In this document: one piece after another, positions 46,079 through 60,488 of the stretch
Layout of the letters: each line of letters begins with the position of its first letter
Position numbering within the stretch: the first letter of the stretch is position 1
From: Heteronotia binoei
Lineage: Eukaryota
Direction of reading: 5' to 3'
Length of the DNA: 64,000 nucleotides
NCBI RefSeq assembly: GCF_032191835.1
Contig: NC_083228.1
Location: 93,868,001-93,932,000, forward strand
Translations under genes and position numbers: made by a program
Notes under the pieces: model-generated
Seen by the model: only the letters and a program-made list of their open reading frames with translations
Database searches by the model: none
Told to the model about the DNA's origin: nothing

Positions 46079-49000
46079 AAACCCTTAGTTCTATTGATTG
46101 CTCCTTTTGTAAACACCGTGTATTTCTGAGTCAATCCTACTGAGTGAACCCCACCTTGGATCTATAATTGACAGGATTTAACATCTGTTGACTACAGGTG
46201 ATGGAATTGCCTTGCCTAAGTTTGATGTAGTTGTATCAAACTGCTCCAAATAGTTGTTCCTTCCTAGTGTATGGATAATGGCACCTGGTAAAGCACAGGG
46301 TAAAACCATTAGTGTGTCACCACTAATAACAGCACCAGTCTGAAGCCATCTGTTCCTTACTGTTTCACCCCTTCCATGGAAGCCCCTGTGACCTTCTAAA
46401 TACAAATATGCAGAAGTCCTGTTGTTCAGTCCATAGAGGAGACAGTTCAGCTTACATTAAGATTCATTTCTGGACAAACAATTAAAAAAAATGGCTTGTG
46501 TTTTATTTTACTCTGTGTTTGGGTAAAGTACCTTCTCTTCAGAGGTGGAGAAAGGTGTCAGTGCTGCTCATTACAGAGAGCAACATTATTTTGCTGTCTT
46601 TCAAAAGCTTCTGCTTTGTGGTTATGCAGAAGATTCTTCATACTTTCAATTGGAGTGTGTGTGTGTGCACACATGTCCATATAACTGGTATAGATAATCC
46701 ATTTCACTGCCTCATGTTGTTAAAATCTTGCAGTCAGAAATCCTTATCCAGTCCACCTATTGAAGGTAGAGTAATGCCATGCAAAATCCCATAAAATGAA
46801 ACCTTTGCATATAATGGCTTTCAGTGCCCTTTAAGGATGTTATCTGATGTGAAATGTAGTTTCAGCTGGAATGTGGCTTTGGCTAAGACCAGTGCTTTTG
46901 ATGTGCACAGAAAATGTAACTGGTGTAACCTGAATTGCAAATCATTACCTTGTTGCAGTATCATATGGCAACACTTATGCTGTAGCTTGGTTTGGTTGGG
47001 GCTTAGATTAGTACTGTTCAAAAAATCAAAATAAAATATATAGGCATGGGGAAAACATTTCCTTTTTGACTGTTAAAAGAACTGAATTAATTATTCCAAT
47101 TGTTGCCTGGTTAATCTATACAATACCAGCATTAAAAGCCAAGCAGGCCATGGCTCAAGTGAATGGGACAACATTATTTCACTAGCTATTCTTTGAATCT
47201 CAAATTGGTCTGCCATTTTACTTCAACAAAAACCTGTGTTTGGAAAATACAAGAACAAGAAATGATTATGCAGAACTTTAAAACAACAGTAAGTAGTGTT
47301 TGAAAACAAATATATTTTATAAAGTAGGGTAGCTTTTTGTTTTTCTAACCTTTGTGTTCTAAATGTGCAGAACAGGTTGACAAGTCTGCATGGTTTATTG
47401 TGTTATTTCTTTTCTCCTTAATATTATTTGTGGCTGTTTAGCACAGTATTTGATGCTGTGCATATTTTAAATATATAGCAGCCAAGATGGCTGACATAGC
47501 AGTAAAGAATGCTGCTTTACAGCTTTTCGTTTATACTTTCATAATATTTCCCCCCTAAAGATTTGTATGCATTTTATCACATTATCTGAGATTAAAGAAG
47601 TGCCAATTTGTCACCCTGGTCCAAGAAAGCCTCCATGTATAATCACCAAACCAGAGATTATAGCATTTTCTGATNNNNNNNNNNNNNNNNNNNNNNNNNN
47701 NNNNNNNNNNNNNNNNNNNNNNNNNNNNNNNNNNNNNNNNNNNNNNNNNNNNNNNNNNNNNNNNNNNNNNNNNNNNNNNNNNNNNNNNNNNNNNNNNNNN
47801 NNNNNNNNNNNNNNNNNNNNNNNNNNNNNNNNNNNNCAGTTCTGTGTAAAGGGTATAAGATGCTCAGTCATGGGAAGGAAAGTGGCAAAGCCCTTTCTCC
47901 TGCCTGATCAAAAGATCAAAGCCATGGTTATTCTTGGATTCCCATTTAGGCATGCCATATTTGAAACTAAGATGGGTTAAAGATGCTTTGAGAATGATGG
48001 GTGTAGAGACTGCTGTGACCTTAGTTACCTACCAGTGGGTGACATTCACAAGCCCAATTATAGCACAAGGTCTAGGTAAAGCAGCTTCTCCCCCCTTCCT
48101 GATAAGCCATTAACATGAACTAATATAAATAATGTATATATTAAAATATGTCCATATGTCTAAATCAAACTAGGCTCCAAGAAGAATCTATATTTTAAGT
48201 TAAGGCTTTATTTATTTTACCAACCTGAGTAAACATTCTATTAAAATACTGTAATTATGAATAGAATGTCAACTGAAACATTGTACCAGCTTCCATGTTC
48301 ATCATATTTGAGCAGATCTATGACAAATGCAGGTTTCTTTATAATACCAAATGAGCAACAGCATGACTCTAGAATTACCTGTTTGATAACTGCAGAAAAT
48401 GTCATTTGTATGTCTTTAATTAGTTTGTTATTGAGTTTCACCTTGACTGGTCTTCATTCAGTCAGCCCCAGGTTGATCGCTCTGTGTATTGATACCTTTC
48501 CTTTCCAGTTTTGTGCTGTAGTGCACAACTAGAAGTATAGAGCCCCAAGCAAGAAAGAGCTGTCTTTTTTCCCAGGGCTGCTCTGCTTCGGCCTAGTTCC
48601 TAGTTCATAGCAGCAAACCTCTTACACTTCTGTATAACAGGAAGCCAATCCTGACTGTCTGGTGAGCATATCTATATGGTACATGTATTTACAGTTATTT
48701 ATTTGGCACATTCACAGTTTACACTTTTAAACGGACACAAAAATCTTAGTCATACACCTAAAAAAGCTATGTTTGAACAGCTGAACACTGAGGCAAAGAA
48801 GTTCTAGAAAAAGAAACCTGAACTCTCAAATTCAAACTGCATGGATACAATCTTACAGTGCAGCAAAACAATCAGAAAGACAATTAACAATTTCACAGAC
48901 AGGCTGTTGATTTGTTTACATTCAGAGGTAGTAATCAGAGTCTGATAGGATGGAAAGACACTAGATTAAATAGTTAAGGCAATTAACATTCTGGATGCTC

Positions 49001-52000
49001 ATGTTGTACTTGTAATGAAATAGTGAATGTCTCCTGGAGACCATACAGGACAATATTCTAATGAGGAGGTTGAATGAAGCTGCTAAGGTATCTGATGCAG
49101 TTTTAACAGGCAAGGCTTATCCAAGGGCTACAAAAATTCATTGTAAACTTGCTTGCTTGCACTGTGGATTAGAATGGATGTTAATAATTTGTATTTAGGT
49201 ACTAGAACCAGATTGGGTTCATTACAAAGGGCACAAAAGTAAAGTGAGTTGTAAATATGTCCAGTTTCTACATGAATGATGTCAAAGCCTCTCCAAGGGG
49301 GTTTCCAAACCATTTCTGGGATGCTCCCTACATCCACTGGCAGTGAATTCCACAATCTGATTACACATTGAGTAAAGAATTATTTCATTTTGTCTGTCCT
49401 GAATCAACTGTCTTTTTAAGATGGTGGATCTGTTGCTAATCTACCTTTTCTTTTGTTTTCCATTGACATTTGTGTTTATAGTTATAGAGCTGACCTTGTC
49501 AAACTGTCAGTGTCACAGAGCTCACTCAGTTCACCTTGCTTCTTAATGTCTCAGCCCTCTTCCAATCCATGCACCATCTTCACAGAAGTTTTTTTTTTTA
49601 ATCTAGAAAAGGTTCCACTGCTTATTTATTTATTTATTTGGTTCTGTTTGTATCCTGCCTTCTCTGCCGAAGCAGGCTCAGGGCAGCTCATGTTGTATGT
49701 ATTAGGATCATCTGTGCCACACAAGGGAAAATCCACAACATTTTTTAAAGGTGACATTTTTTTAAAAAGTGATATGTATTTATGATTTTGACTTCCTTGA
49801 AACAACTACAAAATCTCAGTTCTTAGGGTGGTTTCAGACACATGTTTAGCATGTCTACAATGTATTTTTTTTCCTACACAAAACATCCTTTTGGCTTTTT
49901 ATATTGTGAGTGTGCAACATCTCCCAATACACACAAAAAGGGTAGTTTTGTGAATTCATAATACATTCAGATTTAGATCTTCTAGCGCGGGGGGGGCGGG
50001 GTTGCAAGATACATAAAAGCAAGGAAATCAGCTTAATGATGCAATCATGTTGATAGACGGTAACAACAAGCTTGAATAATCACTTAACAATCACAGATTT
50101 AAGAGCAGTAGAAAGATCAGAAGTTTGAATGGAAAGGAGTAAGATTTTCAGCAAGAGTGTTGGTGGCAAATGTGTAGAAAGAGTTCATTTGAGTGCTTAG
50201 AATAGAGTTGTATGAAAATGTGAAGGTGACACAGTGTACAGGCCATTAGACTGAACGTAAGAGATTGTGAACTACATGCTTTGCTCCCTCTTCCAGGACT
50301 GCATGTATATGCATGAGTGTATGTATGCATGACACAGTGGCATCCTTAGTGGGAGGCAACCACTGAAGGGTATCTTGCAACACTCATCAGAACAAACTGG
50401 CTTTGGGCAATTTAATCTTTTGTAGGTGAGGCTGTATACTGGCATTTGGGTTCCAGACTGAGCTAATGTGGATTTATGGATACTTAAGGATCTCAGCTAT
50501 GATTTTCAAGACCTGCAGTTTCCATTTGGTCCAAGTTCTGGAGGGAAAGCATGGGAATATTGTGCCACTAGGTTCAAAAAGGCGTAATTGTTGACAACAT
50601 GGTTCCTAAGATCTGCATTAGCCAGCAAGTGTCAATATTGATTCTGAATGGTTCAACAGAACAGAAAGCAGCATGACACAGACATACAATATGATAGCAT
50701 ATACTCCATCTTATATGTATTCAAGTGCCAAATGGATTTCACCTCCCCTTCCATACCACTCTGCCACAAATGATGTGGTGTCGAAGCTTGTTATCAGAAA
50801 GTGCTGTAATCAGCAATTACAAGCATTATCCCTGCAGAAGTTCACTGACTTGTGGTCTTTAACGAAAATGAAATCCTTTTGTTTCATCTGATTAAGCAGG
50901 TGATGGTGTCTGTAAAGCAGCTACTGTACTGTATGACATTTGCTTCTTTATTCAGCGTAGAAATACAACCTCTGTAATCTGCAGGCTACTGGAAAGTTCC
51001 CTCATTCCACAATATGTACTTCCTGATTAGATTAATTATATATGTGCAGGACTCGTCTGTTTATTGAAAATGACAATATAATGCTCATAGCACAATTTAA
51101 TTTTCATGTAGCCAATTTTCAGCAGTCTAGCTGGAGGGAAAGAAATAGTGTGTAGTAAATCTTGATGTCTGCCACATGATTAACATCCCCATTTTTGTGA
51201 TTAATGCTTGCTCTACCTTTGTGAGTTGGTTTTCCTTCCCCTCCAGTGTTCTGAGTCCTGTTTTGTTCCACTTCTCTGCTCAGATTCTTCTGTATTGGCA
51301 ACAGTTGGCAAATATTCCTTGGACAGGAATAAAGGTGTTGCAATCATTTGAAATGTGTCATATGAAATGTAACTACATATTTCCCCCCTCTGTCTGTAAC
51401 ACAGCAGAAGAAAATTTGTTTTATGAGCCTTAGGCATTTGGCAAACAGAACTTTTCAGGAATCAGTTCTTTTAAGTTACCACAGTGACAATACTGCAGTT
51501 TCAATGTAACAATTTTAACCAGTGGTAGATTTGCATTTTGATAGAAACCTTAGACCACTTTTGTAATTTCTTCCTCCACTGGCAAGTTAAGGCAGCTTCT
51601 TGACATCTCTTCTACTTAGTTCATTCTGGCCATTCCATTCCAAAGATGGCTTTGTCTTGCCCAGGGTTTAGGACAGTTCTGGTACATAGGAAATTGAGTG
51701 TACTTCGTAGTACACTTGCACTTGTGCAAAGACTCTAATACAGGGGTGTCAAACATACCGCCCGCAGAGGGCTCCAATCAGGCCCTCCAACAACTGTCTG
51801 CCATCTGCTTCATTTTCCCTTGCCTGCTATTTTCAGTCACCATTTTGTGTTTCTCCCCAGACAGGCCAGAGCAACAAAGCAGCCTTTCCCTCTCCCCACT
51901 CCTTTTTCCCAAAGGCAGGAGGAGGGAGGAGCAGCCTCTGCCAATGAGGGAGCTTGGCTCTATAGCTCTGCTGGGTGATTAAATTTGCCAAGCTCAATTA

Positions 52001-52619
52001 ATCACCCTGCAGAGCTACTGAGACAAACCTCTCTTCCTTCTAATAAATGGCTGAGACTAGCTTTTAAGACTAGCAACGTTTTAGTGAAGGAATGAGCTTT
52101 TTGCCTTGCTACAGAGAGAGAGAGAGAGAGAGAGTTTTGTTGGGCCTGTTATGGGTGTAAATGGGTTCCCCTCCTCTTTTTCACTGTACTCATACCCTCC
52201 AGTCTTTCTCAATAGGAAAGCATGTGGACTATTTAGAAGAGAAATATCAAAATTAGGCTGAGTGTGTGTTCCACCCCAGGTTTACCCAGCAATTTTTCCT
52301 TATTTTTTCTTCCACATTTTCCTTTGATTGGGGGTCTTGAATATAGACTTCCCAGATAGTAGGCTAACACTGACCACTGTACATGGCTCTCTTTGTTCTT
52401 GTAGTCCCTCCTCCTGGCAACCCCATATTCTCTCCCATTCCCCCTGCCTCATTGTCTCTTTTTCAGGCACTCACCAAACTACCTTTTAGCTGCATCCCAT
52501 TTTCAGTCATATTTTCAGTCATATTTAGTTTTTATTTATTTATACCCCATCTTTTTCCACACTGGGGACCAAAGCAGCTTACATAATTCTCCTCTTCTCT
52601 TTTTTAGCTACACAACAAC

Positions 52620-52907
52620 TAGAGTTGCCAGACTGGCAGGGAGTGCGAGGGAGCCTTCAAGGTTTGGGGCAGGGCTCTGAGATATGATGACATCACATTA
52701 AAGTTGTGTCATCAGGGCAGAGATGTTATGTGGTGATGCTGTGGTTTTGAGGCAAAACTCTATGATAAAATCACCATCAAACCATAGAGTTTTGCCCAGA
52801 AACCAGAGCATCGCCATGACATTGCTGTTTGGGATGGGGTTTCCCCCTGGCAGAACCCCTTCCAAATGGGAAAATCCCCTGCTGGGACCTGGGGAATGGT
52901 AACCCTA
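52620..52907. mobile_element. hAT-type MITE nested in a MIR-like SINE
   Basis: TIRs tagagttgcca / tggtaacccta; TSD acaacaac / acaacagc (7 of 8 match). Confidence 0.75.
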
Positions 52908-55900
52908 ACAACAGCCCTGTGAGATAGCTTAGGCTGAAAGCATGTGACTGGATGAAAGTATGTGAGCTGCCACAGAAAACTGGTGATTTGAACCTGAGTC
53001 TCTGAGACCTTATTCAAAAGCTTTAACCATTAAACCACACTGGCTTTGTTTGGGTGGCTGCTGTTGAAGAATAGTAAGCAGCCAGACCTAGTTGAGTCAT
53101 GCCAGATAGGTATCAAGTGGTTGCTGCCAGGCTAGGATTTCCAAACTCTAGGTGATCTTCCAGAATTACAACTCATAGAATCATAGAGTTGGAGGGGACC
53201 TCCCAACAACAGAGATCTGTCTCCCTGGAGAAAATGGCTGCTGGAGGGGGGGGGGACTCTGTCATTATATCCATATGAGGCCCATCCCCAAACTCTGCTC
53301 TCCTCATACTTCACCCCAGATTTTCTAGGAGTTTCCCAGTCTGGAGCTGGACAGACCCTGATAAGTTGTCCCTCAAAGGCCAAAATAACCCTGGGAAGGA
53401 TCCTGCACTCTCCACTTGCCTTTTACTCACTGAAACTCAGCCTGGAATGCTGTGGTTGCCTAGCAACAGCCATTGAAAAAATATATTTGTTGAAATTACC
53501 CTCCCCAATGTATTTTGAAATATTTCAGATTTTTCTGCAAATGTGGCGCATTTTTCAGGTTTGTAGATGTTTGCATGTTGACCATTCCAATCATTGGATT
53601 CAGGTTTCCTCAAATTTGGTGGACTTCACTATTAGAATATGAGAATGATGACTGATGATATTGTAATTGGACAAGGAAGGCAGAAGGGCAGTAGTTTGTG
53701 CAATGTAATGGAAAAACACCACTAACATAGTAGCAAAAGAAACTGTTGGGCCCTATATTAATAAAAGAAAATTACTGGTCAGAGGAATCCAGTAGCTATA
53801 TTTTCCAGTAATCTCTGAATCAAGCCCTTATCTTTGATTTTGTAAGGCACTTTTCTCTGATGGGTTGAATCTTCTTGATGTAAGCATCTTGCTTTAATGG
53901 AAAGTTCCTTCTGCTAGTCACAAGTGTCTGTCCAGGTGGTATGGATATGCAGGATCTAACCTGCTGCTTTAAAAATATTCAGAAAATATTTAAAGTAGAG
54001 GGGGATACTACAGAAAAATCAGCTGAAGGAATGTACCTATCAAAGTACAAATTATAGTGAAATTCTAAATCTCTCAAAGATGAGATGCAGAGATTTCTCC
54101 TGCCCTCTTCCAAGATATGTGGCATTTGAAGGTCTTTCTTTCATAGCAATGGATGCTGCATTAAAACATGTTAACATGTGCAACATTATTTTTATTGTGG
54201 ATTTGCCTGAAGCATTGCAGTAAAAAAGATGTTTACCTTGAACTATGTTCTTGATATACACTTAATGAAAGCAATTCCTTTCTTAAAGAGCTTCAGGAAA
54301 ACTAATAGTGTGTTGGTATAAATGTGTCTGAGAATATGTGGCACACATAATTTCCTGAAAAGATTGTCAGGGAAAACAAAACAAAATAAAAGGTCATATT
54401 CATATGCCAGCTGTTCTGAAAATTCAGAGCAAAGGGCATCCCTTGTGTTGATAAAGAATTGCTTTTAAGGAGGTGGGTGTAAGAAAGTAGATGAATGCAC
54501 TTGAAATTATATTTCGCTATGAATCAAACTGATTTGTTGGGTTTGTGTTGTGCAAGTGACATTCAAATCCCATTAAAGATTATTGACTTAAACCTCAGTG
54601 ATGTTCTTTTGTCCACTTTAATTGGATTTTCTGCAGAATAAATAGGGAAAAAAGAATAGGAAAAAAAGATTGCTAAAAGGTCTTAATGATGACGTCCACA
54701 AAGAAAACCTCAAATGTGCCATGCAATATTATGTTGTTTGGGTCCCTGGTCTACTAGGCAACGCCATATATCATAAACCAGAGGTAGAATATGGAGCTGC
54801 CTTATGATAAATCAGATCTTTGTCTCTATATCCCAGTGCTGTCTACTCTGTTTCTAATATATCTGGCCAAGATCCATTGAACATGAGATTCTTTCACTAA
54901 TAATATCAGGGTTTGGATGTGAGATCTTTTTGCACAACAACCTTGTACACTATACTAAGCTAGGGATATTCCCTCTAAAAGTATGGTTGACTTTTAGTAG
55001 CTATTCCCTATCCTAAGAACAAATGCCCATCCTCCATGTTCTCACTTTTAGAACACCACATACAAGATGCTTGATTTCAACATTATGCAGTTACTATCAT
55101 CGAAAGCATCTTGCCCAGCTCTCTGGAGTTTTGTGATGACTGCCCCCCACTAAAACTTGTTGTAGTCCATCCCCTTTTGGTGGCCCTTATGAGGGTATAC
55201 TAAATTACAATGGAAGATGATAGGAACTGAACTCAAGGATCAACCAGATAGTGGAGCACAGTCTGAAGGAAACAGGACTATGCCATTTCTAGTTATCACT
55301 AAAGATGAGTGAAAATTGCCAGCCTTAAATCAGAAAGGGCACAGCAAATTATCACTAGCATTAGTGAACTCTCATGGGGGTGATTATTATTATTATTGCT
55401 GATAATTCTCAAATCATAAGTCCTAGTCCTAGTTCAGCCTGCTCCCATATCAAACCCATCATATGCCTGCTTTACTGAGGCAGTGGTCAGCTGAATGAAC
55501 TACCAAAGGGTAGGCAGAGAGTTCCTGGATCTTCCTGCCTCCTCTCTTTTTCCAGCTTTACAGCCTCAACCAATATTTCAGCAATGTATGAGGCATGTTG
55601 CCAAGATAATCATTGAAGACTGCATTTCTCAAGATGTATCTCAACACCTTGGATACTGCCCAAACTGTTTGGGGTACCAGGGAAGGGAAGAGAGGGAGAG
55701 ACAGGGAGCAGCAGAGGTGCTTTATAATGTAATCTGCTTTCAGTTTGGCTAATTGGATGGATGGTGGATGGTCACCTGTGTGGTTGCTGCAGATGATGCC
55801 ACAAAATAAATGAGTTTGGGGGGAGAGGAAAGAAGGATGGCCAGAAAATAGTTTTTCTCTAGCTTGTATCAGAAAAGAACTCAGGGCTGTAACTGCATTG

Positions 55901-56037
55901 AAAGTGAGCAGTACAAACTTTTGAAGTTTGTTTTCCAAGAATTCAGTGAATATAACCTCCAACAGTATTTCCAGTAATCAGGCACAGCTGTTTGGATGAA
56001 GTACAGCAGTCATTTAGCACAGATCACCTACCCTGCG

Positions 56038-56106
56038 TCTTTTCTTTTCTTTTCTTTTCTTTTCTTTTCTTTTCTTTTCTTTTCTTTTCTTTTCTTTTCT
56101 TTTTTT
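56038..56106. repeat. (TTTTC)n microsatellite
   Basis: Read directly from the sequence. Confidence 0.95.
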
Positions 56107-59100
56107 ACTATCAATCAATATGGTTTAATGAGTGGTGAGAGGTGGGTTTATCCGTCAAGAAGGGGTACATCAACTAAGGGTTAGATATTTCATGTGTACC
56201 TGTATGCATGCAAATGGTACAGGTATTTAGGATGCAATCCTTAGGACAAATACTAGAATGCAAGCCCTGTTGAATTCACTAGGACTTGCTTCTAAGTATA
56301 CATACTGAAGATTTAACTGTTAGTCTGTAGCTGTTTCCATAAGAAATTAGTTCATAGGAATATATTAATATAATTTGTAGGACTTATTTCAGTCTTTCTC
56401 AGGATTCAGCTTTCACTGCCTCAAATGGAATATTATCCAACTATTAGAATTTTATCATGAAGATGTTTTTTGAATTCATCTAAACTTTCAAAAGACTATG
56501 TCATCCTAATAACATTCTCTTATGGTGTCAACGATTAATGATATCTCTTTGTGATTTAACATTTTTACACACACATCCTTTTTGTTACTGCTTAGTCAAG
56601 TTTAGTGTAGTCAGTTCATTTTAAACTTTCTGTGCAGTTCAGTTTGCGTCTCATAATTATTACTTTCCCCTCATCAATTGCATTACATCAAACAGAGTAA
56701 CTTAAAACATGTATTTGACTTATTAGGTGTGGTCAGCCCATCCTATGAAATAACTTGTGATGTTTCACAGTATGTCATAAAGTTAGACAATGTACAAGGA
56801 GTAGAGATGCTCCAGCCATTTTTCAAAGGGGCCTGGAAGTATAGTTGAGCCCAAGCCCTACTCCAGTTGTAGTCCAAAGAGGACTTGCAGTCTTTTCCAG
56901 AAGTTGTAGATTCCCAATGCTATATCTTTGGATAGCAGCAGAATTTAAAATTGTGGCAAAATGGAAATTTAACAAAATACTTGCAATACAAGGTTGGACA
57001 ATACTTACCATGCATAAAGTTTCATCACAACTTAAGGCAATGGCCATCATTTTCGTCAAATTAAATTATTCCCATTCTTGATAAATAAAGACATTTATAC
57101 AAAAGCCACAAGATTTAACTTGATCTTCATACAGTGGACTGATTCTGTATTCCTAATATGTTCCCATAAGCACAAATTTGTAATATTGACTTGAAAACTT
57201 AGAATTAACCTATACACTTATAGTTTGTTGTATATTGCTTGTAGTGTTATGTTGCACTGAATCTTAACCATTGATACCAAATCTTAAATTTATTGCAACA
57301 AAAACTTTTCTAAAGCATTGTATTGTTAGTAGATAGGTTTTGAATATACAAAGTTGAAAAGAGTAGGCTGCCCCCCCCCCCCCCCGATTGAAAAACCATG
57401 TTTTCGAGACTGAAAAGTCCTAAGTGACCTGATACAACCATTACAGTCTTAGCCTCTGGATACCTCTTGGTGTGTATCACCTCAAGTAAGGGCTGCAGTA
57501 CCTTCCTAGGTTCTTAGTAAGGGCTCCATGCTTGCTTCCACATACACAGGCTGTCTACAGGCCTGCAGAAGGCTAGTCTTACTTCAACTATCTGGGAAAT
57601 ACCTAGAATGGAGATGGCATAGCAGGAAAGAGACTTCACAGAGAGAGTATCCTGCTCCTTGAATAGGCAGCATTGCATGCCTGAGACTTGGGGTTCATTT
57701 TGCATCAAGACCTTTGCACTGGACTATCTATGTTCTGTTCCAAGAACTAGGTCATAACATTTAGTAGTAGTCTTATATTTGTGATTTGCCAGTTGTTTTG
57801 TAGAAACTTAAAGTGAAATCTTTGATACTACATCTTCTTGAGTTTTCATTAGTGTTCTTCTTTGGGATTTACTATCATTTAAAAAATACACAGTCCAGTT
57901 ATACTGATAAGTCTAATGCTGAGAATGTGACAAAAAGAAAAAGGTAAAGGAAATGTTAAAAAGGAGGGGAAAGGCATGTATTCTGAGTTGTGAGTTAAAG
58001 ATTACAAGATGATACTTCAATAATGTACAACCTGCCTAAACAGAAGTGTTGGGTGCTGCCATTATGGTTCTCTTTCTCAGGCTCCATATTGTCAGCAGAC
58101 ATGGTGAATTCAGCCAAGGAAATATACCAGGGAATGATACAAAAAGGGTATTGGGTAGAGAAGGAATGAATAGCTGTAGAAATATCCTGAAGGTGTGAAA
58201 ATGGCAACTTAGGTGAGTGATAGTAGAACCAAAAGCCAAGGTGCATTGTTAATTGTTCTGATCTGAAGTAACTATATAATGTTGCAGATGACCAACCAAG
58301 TTTAATTCTGGCTATAAGCTTTCATGTGCATATACCCAGGATTACAGACATTACAGAACATTGCAGACATTTCTGTTGACCATTCAACAGCAGGGATTTT
58401 GCACAAGTCTGGACCATGGAATACCATGTTCTCCATTAAATTTCATTTCACCATATTTCACACTAACTAGACAGTAAAAGTGCTAGTTGGTAGGCTGAAA
58501 AATGCTGTCTGCAGTCTTATTTTCCCATTAAAGTTTTAATTTGTAAGATTTGCATCTATAGCAGCCATTACTTCATGTTGATTAGCAATAATTCTACCCT
58601 TTGGACTTACTTTTTTAGTTTCTGAAGGTTTCATACTTTGTGGAAATGTAGTCCTGAATAGTCCTGGTCACTGTTAGAGACAAAACAAAATGTGACAAAG
58701 AAATTTTAGATTGTATGGCCATCTTAAGTCCTTTTGTGCATCTGAAAATCATTCTATTCCACAATGTCTCTCATTCATTACATTGAAATATATTGCTGTA
58801 CATGAGGGGCAATCAAACTACATCTGGAAGCATCTTGTTGGAAGCGCTAAATGACATTTTTTTTAACAAAAAAGAGTGAATCTATATAATATATGCAGAA
58901 TGAGGAATTCAAATGAGTATATGCAATTCAGAAGGGGAATCTGAAAGGAAAATGTTTTTTTCAATATGACTATAGAATAGATCTGTTTATTGTTATTTTT
59001 TAAAATGTTTTCTGTAACAAAATGTACAGTTATTGCATAATAAAAATGCATTCAAAGTTAAATTTGTTACGTAAAGATAAGTTGGTTATTTCCTTACACC

Positions 59101-59308
59101 CCCCCCCTCCTCTTTGTGATGTAATCCTCTGTCACTCCAAACAATAAATACTGAATTTCAGATTGTAAAGGGTTCTGGTTTTTCTCATGTAATTTGTCAG
59201 ATTCTTATGGGAAACCAACCTGTATTTTGAAAAAGAAAAAAGTGTCCTGTACATGTACAAAAACAGACAACTTTTTGTGATCACTATGGCACTTTCTGTG
59301 ACTTAGCC

Positions 59309-59314
59309 AATAAA
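59309..59314 (+). terminator. Candidate distal polyadenylation signal
   Basis: AATAAA preceded by tgtacatgtaca (TGTA motifs) and followed by gtgatgttcagttatctttgtttc (GT/T-rich). Confidence 0.4.
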
Positions 59315-59745
59315 TATGATTTTAGGGTTTCACATAAAAGGTGATGTTCAGTTATCTTTGTTTCTCCGAACAGCACTGTCATCAACTGAACAAAAATTAC
59401 CCTTCATAATTATTTTGATCTTCTAAAAAAAAAGATAAGAGTGAAGGTAAGAAAGGGGTGTGTGTGTACATATGAGTGCATATAAAAATACTATTTATAA
59501 AAACCCCTTCAATGATTTTCAAATCTGCCTTGAATTTCTATTAAAATCTCACCCTGTTTGTCTTTGGTTGTTCAAATCTAATTTTCAAATCTGCCATGGA
59601 TTTCTATTAAAACCTCACCCTGTTTGTCTTTGGTTATTCCCTACTAAGTTCTTTAAAGTATAAACTTTTCCTTCCTTTTATTCTCTGACTGGCAGTCCTT
59701 GCTTTCAGCCCCAGTATTGTAGCTCCCAGACTAGCTGAACACAAT

Positions 59746-60031
59746 GGGCGTTTTCGCACTCACCTTCAGCCAGCGCGACCCCCCTCTTCACCGCGCAGGA
59801 TCTGCGCGGATTTCGCACGTAAAGCCGTGGAGCAGCCGGAAGAGCCGGAAACTCCCGGCGCTTTTGTGGCGCAAACGTAAACCACCAAAAAGCAGTTTCC
59901 GTTTGCGCGGCTTTTGCGCCGGGAGTTTCCGGCTCTTTTGGCTGCTCCGCGGCTTTACGTGCAAAATCCGCGCAGATCCTGCGCGGTGAAGAGGGGGGTC
60001 GCGCCGGCTGAAGGTGAGTGCGAAAATGCCC
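59746..60031. mobile_element. 286-bp palindromic MITE (PIF/Harbinger-related, ISL2EU-like)
   Basis: Near-perfect fold-back from GGGCGTTTTCGCAC to GTGCGAAAATGCCC, flanked by AT on both sides; CpG-rich. Confidence 0.7.
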
Positions 60032-60321
60032 ATTGACTACATAAATTGTCTCTAATGGGACAGTATTCCCCCCCACCCCCCAAGTTCTGGGCTAGACAGA
60101 ATTTGCAAGTCATTTCTCCAAGACTTACAGTCTAATCCTAACATAGCTAAACCTTTCTAAGCCCACTGATTCCAATCGATTTCAAAGAGTTTCTGAGCTT
60201 AGGACTGCACTGTTAATGTTTACATGCTCTAGCCCCAGAACCTAATTTCAGGGCCAGCTATGCTCAGCCATAGAGGTTGTGGCACATGGTTGCCAGTGAA
60301 ATGCATTAAATCAGTATGCAA

Positions 60322-60488
60322 CAGGGGTGGAATTCTAGCAGGAGCGCCTTTGCATATTAGGGCACACATCCCTGATGTAGCCAACCCTCCAAGAGCTTAC
60401 AAAGCTCTTTTTTGTAAGCTCTTGAAGGATTGGCTACATCAGGGTGTGTGGTCTATTATGCAAATGAGCTCCTGCTAGAATTCCCCTG
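60322..60488. mobile_element. hAT-type palindromic MITE
   Basis: TIRs caggggtggaattctagcagg / cctgctagaattcccctg; TSD gtatgcaa / gtatgcag. Confidence 0.82.

Larger units (their letters stand above)
46079..59335 (+). other. CLSTN2: Probable very long CLSTN2 3' UTR (distal end inferred)
   Basis: Follows the stop codon. AT-rich and poor in recognisable TEs compared with the introns. AATAAA at 47030-47035 (proximal) and a distal cluster at 59039, 59143 and 59309, with upstream TGTA motifs and downstream GT/T-rich sequence. The end point is inference. Confidence 0.45.
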
